Below are positions 20,604-30,371 of a stretch of 64,000 nucleotides of DNA, one piece after another. This DNA comes from Minisyncoccota bacterium. Its GTDB lineage: Bacteria; Patescibacteriota; Minisyncoccia; UBA6257; JAGOQP01. The first letter of the stretch is position 1. Every line of letters starts with the position of its first letter. A model generated the notes under the pieces. The model did no database searches and was not told where the DNA came from. It saw only the letters and a list, made by a program, of their open reading frames with translations. The DNA is taken from positions 2,233 through 66,232 of the forward strand of contig JBAYWE010000002.1 of the NCBI GenBank assembly GCA_041674185.1. The letters are read 5' to 3'. The position numbers and the translations under genes were made by a program.

Positions 20604-21056
20604 CTATTTATGATTCTCAATTTTTTCATAGAGATAGTTTTCTAGATTCTGAACCTTCTCACTATTATCTTTCGATATATCGTGCCACTCGATTGACTTG
20701 GATGATGATTCAAGTGTTGCAAGTATGGTTATTGAGGTAGTGTTTTTGTTGGATGCATCAAATATGATGTTGTATTTGTATCGAGTTGTGAGTGCACCAC
20801 CAACCAAACCAACCTGTGTAGATCCCTGAATATAATCTGTTTGGATTTTTTTATTCGCTTTATCCTGAGTGGCTATGGTTATACGTTCAGCAAGCAACAC
20901 ATCCTGAACTGATTTCCATACCTCATCAAATGATTTCTCATATGTTTTTTTCGGTGTATATCCCTCAGTTGCGGAAGGGAGCGTTGCCGAACCAACAGTA
21001 AAACAAGAACACAACAAGACGCTCATGAGAGCGGAAGCTAACACTAATCGTTTCAT
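20604..21056 (-). CDS. lipoprotein, hypothetical
   Basis: Signal peptide with an LLCSC lipobox. Confidence 0.55.
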   Translation of the reverse strand: MKRLVLASALMSVLLCSCFTVGSATLPSATEGYTPKKTYEKSFDEVWKSVQDVLLAERITIATQDKANKKIQTDYIQGSTQVGLVGGALTTRYKYNIIFDASNKNTTSITILATLESSSKSIEWHDISKDNSEKVQNLENYLYEKIENHK

Positions 21057-21514
21057 AAAGACTCCTTTGTATTGAGCAATGCATAATCAAAGATGGGCCA
21101 CACATCTGGCATCGCTATTTGCAGACGTATAGCGTTCGTTATTTTCTTTCACACATAATTTTTAAAACAAAAAAAGGACGCAACTTTCATTACATCCTTC
21201 TTCGAGGCACTGGCATGCCTGTGCACAAAGACGTAAGAAAGCGCGTCCATCTCGGACGCACCTTACTTGCTTGTTCTTGTGCACGTTTAACTTGCCAGTT
21301 TTCGAAGAAGAACAACGCAGTAAATGCGTTAAAATATTATGTTAAAAAACTCTCTGAATTTCCTTGGATTAATTTTCGATTCACATTAAAAGTAACAAAT
21401 ATTTGAATAAGATATTAACAAAAATGTATCGCAATTGATTTTCACCACATGAGTTGCTCTTTCAAGCAAATTCTCATTCCTTTTTTTGCGATACAGGCAC
21501 TATAAAATTACATT

Positions 21515-21808
21515 ATGGAATATGACATATGTAAAAAAATTCCCAACCTCTTACGCAAATACCGTAAAGCTAACGGATATAAACAAAAAGATGTTGCGCG
21601 GATTTTAGGAATAAAAAGTTCGAGCAAAATTTCACGATGGGAGAAAGGAGAGTGCATTCCCAATCTGGTGAATGTTTTTAAAATATCCATTCTCTACCGT
21701 GTTATGGTCGATTCATTATTCATCGATCTGCTTCGTCAATTAAGAATTGATGTGAATAAGCAAGAACAAGAATATTCACACAAAAAGCAATTGACGATTC
21801 GGCGTTAA
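21515..21808 (+). CDS. XRE-family HTH transcriptional regulator
   Basis: KQKDVARILGIKSSSKISRWEKG helix-turn-helix. Confidence 0.7.
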   Translation: MEYDICKKIPNLLRKYRKANGYKQKDVARILGIKSSSKISRWEKGECIPNLVNVFKISILYRVMVDSLFIDLLRQLRIDVNKQEQEYSHKKQLTIRR

Positions 21809-21824
21809 TCGAAACAACTCCTCA

Positions 21825-22439
21825 ATGCACGATCTACGATCAATAAAATCAGGAGAGTGGTTTTGGATTGATAAATCTATTATTTGGAAACATGCCTCTA
21901 CAATTGGATTTTCTGCATTTGTAATCTATGCCTTTCTTGCAAGTATGGCAGATGAAAACCAAAGCTGTTATCCATCACAAAAATATATTGCTGATCATTT
22001 AGGGTGTTCACGAGCAACAGTCAATCGAGGAATACAAAAACTTGCTGATCATAAACTCATAACTATCGAAAAGAAAAATAAAATTCATCATCGTTATTAT
22101 CTTTTGCTCACTGAGCGTTTCACTGGTGATACACAGGTGTTGCATGGGTGCAACCAACCAGTATCAAAAGTTGACACTAACAAGACTAACAAACAAGAAA
22201 TAAATAACAACATAGTTGTTAGTGTGACAAAAGAGAACACCCTAGCAAACGAAATAGCAAATACGCTCAATAGTCATGAACACATAAAAATATATCAACA
22301 GTTGGTACATACCTATCCTGAAGCATTTTTAAGAAAGATACTAGCAGAAGTAAAACTAACCCCGCTCCATAAAATTAAGAAAAGTCGGCACGCATTATTT
22401 ATATATCTCATTCGTTATTATGCTCAATCACACACATAA
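21825..22439 (+). CDS. winged-helix DNA-binding protein (replication-initiator/regulator-like)
   Basis: LGCSRATVNRGIQKLADHKLI HTH with a hydrophobic N-terminus, as in phage/plasmid helix-turn-helix proteins. Confidence 0.45.
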   Translation: MHDLRSIKSGEWFWIDKSIIWKHASTIGFSAFVIYAFLASMADENQSCYPSQKYIADHLGCSRATVNRGIQKLADHKLITIEKKNKIHHRYYLLLTERFTGDTQVLHGCNQPVSKVDTNKTNKQEINNNIVVSVTKENTLANEIANTLNSHEHIKIYQQLVHTYPEAFLRKILAEVKLTPLHKIKKSRHALFIYLIRYYAQSHT

Positions 22440-22449
22440 TATTTTCTCG

Positions 22450-22935
22450 ATGGTATTAGGGACGCGATATATCGGAGTCGCAATCATGAAAGGATCAGAC
22501 CTACAAGATTGGTTTGTAAAATCCTTAAGTGGAAAATCAGTAAAAGAAAAAATCACATATCTCATAGATATTACAACAGATTATTTACAACGATTCAACA
22601 TTGACGCGTTCGCAATCAAAAAATTACATCCATCACGAAGTTCTCCAACGCTTAATAAACTCAGTGAATCGATAAAGTCAGTTGCCCGAAATGAACATCT
22701 TTCTATCATAGAATATCCGATCTCGACCATAGAACGATCACTCCTTATTGGTAAAACAAATAAAAAATTATTAATCGATGAAGTGCTGAGAATCTATCCA
22801 GTCATCTATCACGATTATGAACGAGAACAGAAAAATAAAAACAGATATCTCACGAGAATGTTTGAAGCAATTGCATTAGGAATCGTATGCAATCAAGCAC
22901 TTGATTCGAATAAAAGAGTCATCACCAATTCTTAA
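22450..22935 (+). CDS. RuvC-like Holliday-junction resolvase paralog (catalytically degenerate?)
   Basis: LGTRYIGVAIM and C-terminal FEAIALGI parallel the downstream RuvC. The first catalytic Asp is absent and a late Asp is replaced by Glu. Confidence 0.5.
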   Translation: MVLGTRYIGVAIMKGSDLQDWFVKSLSGKSVKEKITYLIDITTDYLQRFNIDAFAIKKLHPSRSSPTLNKLSESIKSVARNEHLSIIEYPISTIERSLLIGKTNKKLLIDEVLRIYPVIYHDYEREQKNKNRYLTRMFEAIALGIVCNQALDSNKRVITNS

Positions 22936-22947
22936 AAAATAATTACT

Positions 22948-23451
22948 ATGAAAAAGCAATCATTACAAAAAGTTCTCTCAATTGATCCGGGGACAAAACA
23001 TTTAGGGGTTGCGTTTTTTGAAGGGAAAAATCTTATCTATCATGGAGTAAAAATTATCAAGCATCTCAAATCTCCAGAAGAAACATTACAAGAAGGGAAG
23101 AAGCTTATTCTTCGATTAATTACTGATTATAAACCTGATGTGTTGGTTGTCGAAAAAACATTTTTCTCAAATAACAGAAACTCTGCTCTGCTCAATGTAT
23201 TCGCCGATGAAATACAATCCGTCGGAAAAAGAAAAGGATTGATCGTAAAATCTTTTGCCGCAAATACAGTTCGAAAACAAATTTGTGGAAATGGTTCTGC
23301 AAGTAAAGACGAAGTTGCAAAAGTAGTCGTCTCACTCTATCCCGAACTCAAACCCTATTTAACCTCTGATAGAAAATGGAAGGAAACATTCCATCGAAAT
23401 ATGTTTGATGCAGTCGCTTTAGGATTATTGATTGTAAATCAATCAGCATAA
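22948..23451 (+). CDS. RuvC-family crossover junction endodeoxyribonuclease
   Basis: SIDPGTKHLGVAF, VVEKTFF and DAVALGL match RuvC catalytic motifs. Confidence 0.7.
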   Translation: MKKQSLQKVLSIDPGTKHLGVAFFEGKNLIYHGVKIIKHLKSPEETLQEGKKLILRLITDYKPDVLVVEKTFFSNNRNSALLNVFADEIQSVGKRKGLIVKSFAANTVRKQICGNGSASKDEVAKVVVSLYPELKPYLTSDRKWKETFHRNMFDAVALGLLIVNQSA

Positions 23452-23453
23452 CT

Positions 23454-24248
23454 ATGATCCCCTACTTTGGTGGTAAATCATATTTGGCGGATTGGGTGAT
23501 TTCTCATTTCCCAGAGAACTATAAAAACTTATCCTATTGTGAAGTATTTGGAGGAGGAGGGTGGGTGCTCTATAAAAAAGAACCTAGTCGCATTGAAACA
23601 TATAATGATCTCAATAAAAATATTGTTAATCTGTTTCGAGTCATTCGAGATCGTTTTCCTGAATTTAATCATCGAGCGAATTGGTCGTTACACAGCAGAG
23701 AGTTATTTCAAGAAGCGAAAGCAAAATTACAAGATGATAAAACACTAAGTGATATTGAACGAGCAATTCATTACTCAATTCTACAAACACAATCATTCTC
23801 CGGAGATGGTCATTCATGGACATATCGTGTATCTCCCAGTCATGTGTTTTCTGGAAAATGGTTGCCTCTGTTGAAACGACTTGAGTTAATCAATATTCGA
23901 TTGAAGCGTGTGCAAATCGAATGTCTTGATTTTGAAAAAGTAATTCAAAAATATGATTCCAAAGACACACTCTTTTATCTTGATCCTCCATACTTCGGGA
24001 AAGAAAAATATTATCAGAAAGAAGAGGTCTATTTCGGAAATGAAGATCATATACGATTAGCAACTACGCTCCACAATATCAAAGGAAAATTTCTTCTCAG
24101 TTATTATGATCATCCCAAAATCAAAAAGCTATATCGTGGAAATCGTATTGTGCAAAAATGCATTCCTAAGTATGGATCTAAAAGTAAATTGGTAGAAGCG
24201 ATTGCTACAAAACCACGAGCGAAAGAAATACTTATTATGAATTACTAA
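23454..24248 (+). CDS. DNA adenine methyltransferase (Dam/D12 class, orphan)
   Basis: PYFGGKSYL, EVFGGGGWV and DPPY motifs. Confidence 0.8.
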   Translation: MIPYFGGKSYLADWVISHFPENYKNLSYCEVFGGGGWVLYKKEPSRIETYNDLNKNIVNLFRVIRDRFPEFNHRANWSLHSRELFQEAKAKLQDDKTLSDIERAIHYSILQTQSFSGDGHSWTYRVSPSHVFSGKWLPLLKRLELINIRLKRVQIECLDFEKVIQKYDSKDTLFYLDPPYFGKEKYYQKEEVYFGNEDHIRLATTLHNIKGKFLLSYYDHPKIKKLYRGNRIVQKCIPKYGSKSKLVEAIATKPRAKEILIMNY

Positions 24249-24392
24249 AACATATTCTGAATTGTATTTCGTGCAATGACGCTTTGGATAATTTATTGGT
24301 AAATACATATATTTAAGATATGCATGTATTGTTCTGGTTTTTGTTAGAATCTATTGGCTCTAGTAAGAAAAGAAGAAACTTAACGGGGGCGT

Positions 24393-25163
24393 ATGCGAAT
24401 TAAAATTTATGCCTGGTCTTGTGTAACATTCCTTTTGGTGATGACACCACTGCAATACATTGCACAACAGCATACGCTCGACACACTTCACTATGAACTT
24501 CCCGAAATATACAGTCATGATCAGATTGTAAAACATTTTGCATTCACGTTACGGTATAACGAAGCGCATGAACAATCTGATTGGGTTGCGTATCGATATA
24601 CTAAATCAATGACTAATAAGAAATATCCGCGCACGAATAAATTCCGCATCGACCCAATAGTAAAGACTGGATCAGCCACTCCGTCAGATTATAAAAATAC
24701 TAAGTATGATAAAGGGCATCTAGCACCATGCGATGATATGCGCTGGTCAAAGCAAGCGGAATTAGAATCGTTTCTCATGAGTAATATGAGTCCCCAATCA
24801 CATGCGTTTAATGCGGGTATTTGGAAACGACTCGAAGGAATGATACGGAAATATGCAATCGCATTAGATACCATTTATGTTGCAACGGGTCCCATACTTG
24901 AAAAAGGACTGCCATCAATTGGCAGTAATAAGGTTTCTGTTCCAAAATATTTTTATAAAGTAATACTTGTGTATCGTGAACATAGTAAAGGTGCAATTGG
25001 ATTTATTCTCCCTCATGCACAATCAAAGAAAGATCTATTATCATTTGCTGTCCCGGTTGATTCTGTTGAGAAACGAACGGGAATTAATTTTTTTGCTTCG
25101 TTGCCTGATAGTATTCAAAATAAATTGGAATCAACTTTTCAAAAAGATTTTTGGAGAAATTAA
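24393..25163 (+). CDS. secreted DNA/RNA non-specific endonuclease (Serratia nuclease/EndoG family)
   Basis: Signal peptide; DKGHLAP (the DRGH beta-beta-alpha-Me motif) and SNMSPQ. Confidence 0.8.
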   Translation: MRIKIYAWSCVTFLLVMTPLQYIAQQHTLDTLHYELPEIYSHDQIVKHFAFTLRYNEAHEQSDWVAYRYTKSMTNKKYPRTNKFRIDPIVKTGSATPSDYKNTKYDKGHLAPCDDMRWSKQAELESFLMSNMSPQSHAFNAGIWKRLEGMIRKYAIALDTIYVATGPILEKGLPSIGSNKVSVPKYFYKVILVYREHSKGAIGFILPHAQSKKDLLSFAVPVDSVEKRTGINFFASLPDSIQNKLESTFQKDFWRN

Positions 25164-25205
25164 TATCAGGTTAGGTATATATCATTAACAAATAATGAGG
25201 AAAGC

Positions 25206-25709
25206 ATGGCAGCAAAAGATAGTATTCCGTTTGCTCACTGGTCACATCTCAGTGAGGGCTTACAAGAATCTTCCATGAAGTTTTACCAAGCAACTGAAGA
25301 AGCAATTAAAAAGCGTCAGATACCAGATATCAAACTCTCACGCATTGATTATAGAGAAGGAGGATTATTCTCAGCGAAAAGAGAATATCTCCGAGTAAAA
25401 TGGAAATCATATATCTTTGATATTTGTGCCGCACCATTTGGAACTGGATTTTTTATATCATGGTGGCTAGGACAAAAACCATCCGCACTAATGGCGCTCG
25501 TCTATATGATTCCGTTCATTGGACCTTTAATGGTGCGTTCATTCAAACCGGAAACATATTATCAACTCGATACGACGCAGATGTTTCAAGAATCAATTCA
25601 TCTTGCCGTCTTAGAAGTATTAGATCAAACAACACAAGCAAGCGGACTTCGTTCTCTCTCCGAGATGGAACGAAAACCAATCATGCAAGATGTGTTAAAG
25701 AAATCGTGA
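25206..25709 (+). CDS. hypothetical protein
   Basis: 167-aa ORF with an internal hydrophobic segment. Confidence 0.4.
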   Translation: MAAKDSIPFAHWSHLSEGLQESSMKFYQATEEAIKKRQIPDIKLSRIDYREGGLFSAKREYLRVKWKSYIFDICAAPFGTGFFISWWLGQKPSALMALVYMIPFIGPLMVRSFKPETYYQLDTTQMFQESIHLAVLEVLDQTTQASGLRSLSEMERKPIMQDVLKKS

Positions 25710-25719
25710 GAGTTTCTGA

Positions 25720-28700
25720 ATGCAGTATGAATTGATTGAAGAATTAACAAAGCAATTTTACGAATGGGAACAACGGGGAAGAGGTTGGGATTTATGGAGC
25801 TTTCCCGTTGATCCTGAACCACCGTTTATTCCGTTCTATTATCACAGCGCAGAGAAAGTCGTGCAGATTGATGATGGACGAAAACCAACACTTCTCAGTT
25901 CATTTGCCGATACATTAAAACGTGTATTACTTCCAAGTGAATCTCAAGATGCTCATAAGAATCAAACAATTGAATATCGAAAAGAAATTTTACCACAACC
26001 ATTCACCCGCAGTGATGATATTCAGGAAATAAAAATTGTATTACCGCACGACTATAAGATGGATGCAGAATATCTTGAGCAGTGTATTCTTGGCATTACT
26101 CTTCATACATCTTTGATCAGTTTCGAAATAGTAGGATCGTATGAATCCATAACCATCCAGTTTGCTTGTTGTGCACATGACACAATACATCTTTCTCAAC
26201 AACTCAAAGCATACTTTCCTGAATACACACTCTCAGTATCTGAGAATTCATTTTATGATACATTTTTCCCAGATGAAAATGATGATGTTGCGGTAATCGA
26301 TTATGGATTGTCTGAAGAATTTATGAGACCAATTCGTGTGTATGATTCTTTTGACCCCGATCCTCTCACCGGAATAATTGGAGTATTAGATAATCTACAA
26401 GAAGGAGAAACTGCGCTCTTACAAATACTTTTTACTCCAGTAGAAGCTCCATGGTCTTCAAGTATCATGCGATCAGTTATGACCAGTTCAGGAGATTCTT
26501 TTTTTGCCGATGCCCCGGAAATGGTAAAACTTGCTCATGAAAAATGTAAGTCCCCTCTCTTTGCAGTTAACATGAGAGTATTAGGAAAAGGAATAAATCA
26601 ACATCGTTCATGGGAAATTGTTAAAGCTGTATCAAGTTGTTTGAGTTCATATACACTGCCGCAAAGCAATGAGTTAATTCCTCTCACAAATCAGGATTAT
26701 AATCCTATTGCGCACTATGAAGATGTTATCTTACGGCGAACGAGACGAAGTGGGATGATTCTCAATAGTGAAGAGTTGATATCACTCGCTCATTTTCCAT
26801 CTGCATCTATAGTTTCTAAAAAACTTCGAGGGCAAAATCAAAAAAGTATTCTCGCACCTAATACCTTAGCTGGACATGACTATATACTTGGTGAAAATAT
26901 TCATAGTGGAACGTCACATGAAGTATCACTGAGTCATGAGCAACGATTGCGACACATCCATATTATTGGAGCTACCGGCACCGGAAAATCGACTCTGTTA
27001 CGATCACTCATCACACAAGATATAGAACGTGGACTTGGCATAACGGTATTAGATCCTCATGGAGATTTAATAGAATCGATTCTTGAGCAGATACCAGAAG
27101 AGCGTTTTGAAGATGTGATTGTATTTGATCCTAGTGACGAAATGCATCCGATTGGATTTAACATTCTCGAAGCAAAAACTGAAGTTGAAAAAAATGTATT
27201 ATCATCTGATCTGGTTGAGATATTCAAAAGATTTTCTACCAGTTGGGGTGATCAAATGAGTGTGGTTTTAGGGAATGCTATTTCAGCATTTCTGGAAAAC
27301 TCACGTATTGGTTCATTGATGGATTTACGAAGATTCCTAATCGAGAAAGATTTTCGTGAGGAATTTTTGCGTGATGTTTCGGATGATCATGTCATCTACT
27401 TTTGGGAAAAAGAATATCCCCTCTTACGCGGATCGGCATTAAGCTCAATCCTCACACGACTTGATTTTTTCTTGCGCCCTAAGCTGATAAGAAATATTGT
27501 CTCTCAAACGAAAGGAATTGATCTTAAAGAAATTGTTGATCATAAAAAAATACTTTTAGTAAAACTTGCTCAAGGAATTATTGGTGATGAGAACGCCTAT
27601 CTGTTAGGATCATTGCTCGTATCAAAACTACACCAAGTCGTTATGCAACGGCAATTACAAAATAGCCATGAACGCACACCCTTTTATTTATACATAGATG
27701 AGTTTCAAAACTTTATTACGCCATCCATGAAAGCGATGTTATCCGGTGCAAGAAAATATCATATGGGACTAATCCTTGCGCATCAAGATTTACATCAGTT
27801 ATCGGAAACGGATACCGGGCTTGCTAATTCCATTATATCAAACGCAGGAACGCGCATTTGTTTTCGTGTCGGTGATTTTGATGCGCAGAAATTAGAAAGT
27901 GGATTTGCACATTTTGATTCAAACGATTTACAAAATCTGAGCATTGGTGAGGCAATCGTTCGTGTTGAGCGATCTGATTATGATTTTAATCTAAAAACAT
28001 TTTTACCAAGCTTGAAAAATACCGAAGAAGCGCACAGAACTAAGCAAGCAATCATCGATCTTTCCAGAAAAAAATATGGTGGAGTTCCTGCTGTAATTGA
28101 ACGAACAAAACAGGAACCACAAATATATTCCATACCGCAGACATCGATAAAGAAAGATGTCCCTAAAAAAGAACCTATTGAAATCCCGAAACGGAGTAAT
28201 GATACAATTCGAACTCAGAGCGAAGATCAAAAGAGCATCACCTATCATAGATATTTACAAACATTAATAAAACGATTAGCGGAACAGAGAGGATATAAAG
28301 CTGTTGTTGAAGAACAGACAATTGACAAACTTGGACGTGTTGATGTTGGACTTGAGCGAGATGATGAAAAAATCGCATGTGAAATTTCTGTAACCACAAA
28401 TGATGATCACGAGATAAAAAATATTGAAAAGTGTTTTCAATCAGGGTACCAGAAAGTATTATTCTGCTCACCAGAAAAGAAGCGTCTTGATTCAATAAGG
28501 AAATTGATAGTTGAAAAGTTAGAATCAGTATTATGTGAAAAGGTATTTTTCTTTTTGCCTGATGAATTGGTTTTGTTCTTTGAGAATGAAACTATAGGTA
28601 AGGTCAAACAGCAAAGTGAAAATATCGTGAAAGGATACAGAGTAAAGGTGGAATACAAAACTATTTCCGAAGCTCAAAAAAAAGAGAAACAGGAAGTAGT

Positions 28701-28749
28701 AAGTGGAGTTGTCGTTAATGCGCTGAGAAGATTGAAGGGAGAAAAATAA
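25720..28749 (+). CDS. large P-loop NTPase (DUF87/TraD-VirD4/HerA-like) with unknown N-terminal domain and C-terminal nuclease-like domain
   Basis: Walker A HIIGATGTGKST and a DPHGDL motif, with Walker B at LYIDEFQNF. Paralogous to the ORF at 38893-40227. The C-terminal GRVDVGLERDDEKIACEIS region is PD-(D/E)xK-like (weak). Confidence 0.6.
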   Translation: MQYELIEELTKQFYEWEQRGRGWDLWSFPVDPEPPFIPFYYHSAEKVVQIDDGRKPTLLSSFADTLKRVLLPSESQDAHKNQTIEYRKEILPQPFTRSDDIQEIKIVLPHDYKMDAEYLEQCILGITLHTSLISFEIVGSYESITIQFACCAHDTIHLSQQLKAYFPEYTLSVSENSFYDTFFPDENDDVAVIDYGLSEEFMRPIRVYDSFDPDPLTGIIGVLDNLQEGETALLQILFTPVEAPWSSSIMRSVMTSSGDSFFADAPEMVKLAHEKCKSPLFAVNMRVLGKGINQHRSWEIVKAVSSCLSSYTLPQSNELIPLTNQDYNPIAHYEDVILRRTRRSGMILNSEELISLAHFPSASIVSKKLRGQNQKSILAPNTLAGHDYILGENIHSGTSHEVSLSHEQRLRHIHIIGATGTGKSTLLRSLITQDIERGLGITVLDPHGDLIESILEQIPEERFEDVIVFDPSDEMHPIGFNILEAKTEVEKNVLSSDLVEIFKRFSTSWGDQMSVVLGNAISAFLENSRIGSLMDLRRFLIEKDFREEFLRDVSDDHVIYFWEKEYPLLRGSALSSILTRLDFFLRPKLIRNIVSQTKGIDLKEIVDHKKILLVKLAQGIIGDENAYLLGSLLVSKLHQVVMQRQLQNSHERTPFYLYIDEFQNFITPSMKAMLSGARKYHMGLILAHQDLHQLSETDTGLANSIISNAGTRICFRVGDFDAQKLESGFAHFDSNDLQNLSIGEAIVRVERSDYDFNLKTFLPSLKNTEEAHRTKQAIIDLSRKKYGGVPAVIERTKQEPQIYSIPQTSIKKDVPKKEPIEIPKRSNDTIRTQSEDQKSITYHRYLQTLIKRLAEQRGYKAVVEEQTIDKLGRVDVGLERDDEKIACEISVTTNDDHEIKNIEKCFQSGYQKVLFCSPEKKRLDSIRKLIVEKLESVLCEKVFFFLPDELVLFFENETIGKVKQQSENIVKGYRVKVEYKTISEAQKKEKQEVVSGVVVNALRRLKGEK

Positions 28750-28834
28750 AATATATTATTGTGTGGCTTTGCATCAGTAATTATGTATTTATTATAGACT
28801 AAACAATACAAAGTAATCAGGATTAATATGGTGA

Positions 28835-29407
28835 TTGAAGATGGCAAAAATTAAAAAAATAAAAAGAAATCAAATATTGATTAAGAACTATGGATTATTC
28901 TGGAAAAAAGATGATGTCTTTTGGGGAAAACAAAGAGCTACAGGTAGACTATTAGGAATACTTGCTGGAGCAAAAAGATCTGACACAGTTGATTTCAGAA
29001 ATCAGGTTGGAATTTATGTGCTCTATGCTGATTATAAGATTGTTTATATAGGTCAAGCAGGAAATGGAAATGCAAAACTTTTCGCTCGTTTAAAAAATCA
29101 TTCACGTGATGATCTTGCTGGTAGATGGAATCAATTTTCATGGTTTGGTTTAAACTGGGTTACAAAGCAGCATAAATTATCAAGTGATATAGCTCGTCTT
29201 TTCCCAAAAACGCTCTCCGTGCTCAATCATATAGAAGCAATATTAATTCATGCAAGTGAACCCCCTCTTAATCGGCAAGGGGGAAGATGGGGAAAGGAAG
29301 TTCAGAGATATCTTCAGTATAGAGATGCCGAATTACTTGGAAAATCAGAAACAGAACTGTTAAAAGAAATTCACAAGAAAATAAAAAATATTGGGACAGC
29401 ATCTTGA
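28835..29407 (+). CDS. GIY-YIG nuclease domain protein
   Basis: GIYVLYADYKIVYIGQAGN followed by R...H and N residues, a GIY-x10-YIG pattern. Its stop overlaps the next start (ATGA). Confidence 0.55.
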   Translation: MKMAKIKKIKRNQILIKNYGLFWKKDDVFWGKQRATGRLLGILAGAKRSDTVDFRNQVGIYVLYADYKIVYIGQAGNGNAKLFARLKNHSRDDLAGRWNQFSWFGLNWVTKQHKLSSDIARLFPKTLSVLNHIEAILIHASEPPLNRQGGRWGKEVQRYLQYRDAELLGKSETELLKEIHKKIKNIGTAS

Positions 29408-30330
29408 AAGAAATTATAATCGACATCGGCGACAGCACTAGAAATGAATTGAGATGGTTGGCGTTTTATCGTTCTCTAGAATCCAAATCTATCAAAAAAG
29501 GTAAGCAGGTAATTATTGATTTTGAAAACGTCACGTTTATTATACCTTTCTGTTTGCTTGGTCTGTTAGCATTTATTAAATCTACATTTGAGATCACTCA
29601 AAAAAAAGTTAAGCTAATAAATATTTCTTCAGATAAAACAATATACCAATACATGGAAAGGGTAGATTTTTTTAAGTACACAAAAAAATATTGTACCATT
29701 ATTGGTGATTATACTGATGTAAAATTGTGGGAACGAGATAATGAAGCTAAAAAGGTGCATGGAATTATTGAGGTAGAAAAAGATCCAAATAAGAGTGCTA
29801 AAAAAGTAGCACTAATCATTGATGACCTACAGAACAGATATAAACATATTCTTGATTTCTTTTCTACAAATCATAAAAACGCAAACATCTTCTTTACTAT
29901 ATTATCTGAGATTACTGCCAATATTCCCGATCATAGTAATTCAAATGGATACTTATTGATACAGAGATGGGAGAGTCAAGCTAAAGGAAAAATTTTCACT
30001 AGTCTTTCTATCATTGATACAGGTATTGGAATAAGAAGAAGTCTTCAAAAACAAATAAAGACTCGTAATAGGAAGCTTCCTAAAAATCTTGATGGTGATT
30101 CTGATTTTTTAAGATATGCTTTTAGTGAAGAAGGTACTCGAAGTGGAGCGGGACTACATAGTGTTGTCCGATCTCTTCACGAATGGAACGCAAACGATAC
30201 TGCCTTATTGGTTCTTTCTGGTAGTGGCATTATGTACAAACCCCAAGGATCTTGTGACATAACATTCATCGAAGAAGAACACTACTTTCAGGGTACCCAT
30301 GCAACAATTTGGTTTTATGGAGATATTTAA
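29404..30330 (+). CDS. STAS-like N-terminal domain fused to GHKL (histidine-kinase-like) ATPase
   Basis: N box EITANIPDH, D box IIDTGIGI and G2 box SGAGLH. The N-terminal IIDFENVTFIIPFCLL segment resembles STAS. Confidence 0.6.
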   Translation: MKEIIIDIGDSTRNELRWLAFYRSLESKSIKKGKQVIIDFENVTFIIPFCLLGLLAFIKSTFEITQKKVKLINISSDKTIYQYMERVDFFKYTKKYCTIIGDYTDVKLWERDNEAKKVHGIIEVEKDPNKSAKKVALIIDDLQNRYKHILDFFSTNHKNANIFFTILSEITANIPDHSNSNGYLLIQRWESQAKGKIFTSLSIIDTGIGIRRSLQKQIKTRNRKLPKNLDGDSDFLRYAFSEEGTRSGAGLHSVVRSLHEWNANDTALLVLSGSGIMYKPQGSCDITFIEEEHYFQGTHATIWFYGDI

Positions 30331-30371
30331 ACTTGACAATCATTTCTAGAATACCTACCTTTAAGTAGAAG

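Noticed and set aside
21119-21406. 95-aa ORF in the 21.1-21.5 kb intergenic region
   Set aside because: No RBS or motif, and odd composition. Lies in the likely promoter/regulatory region between divergent genes.
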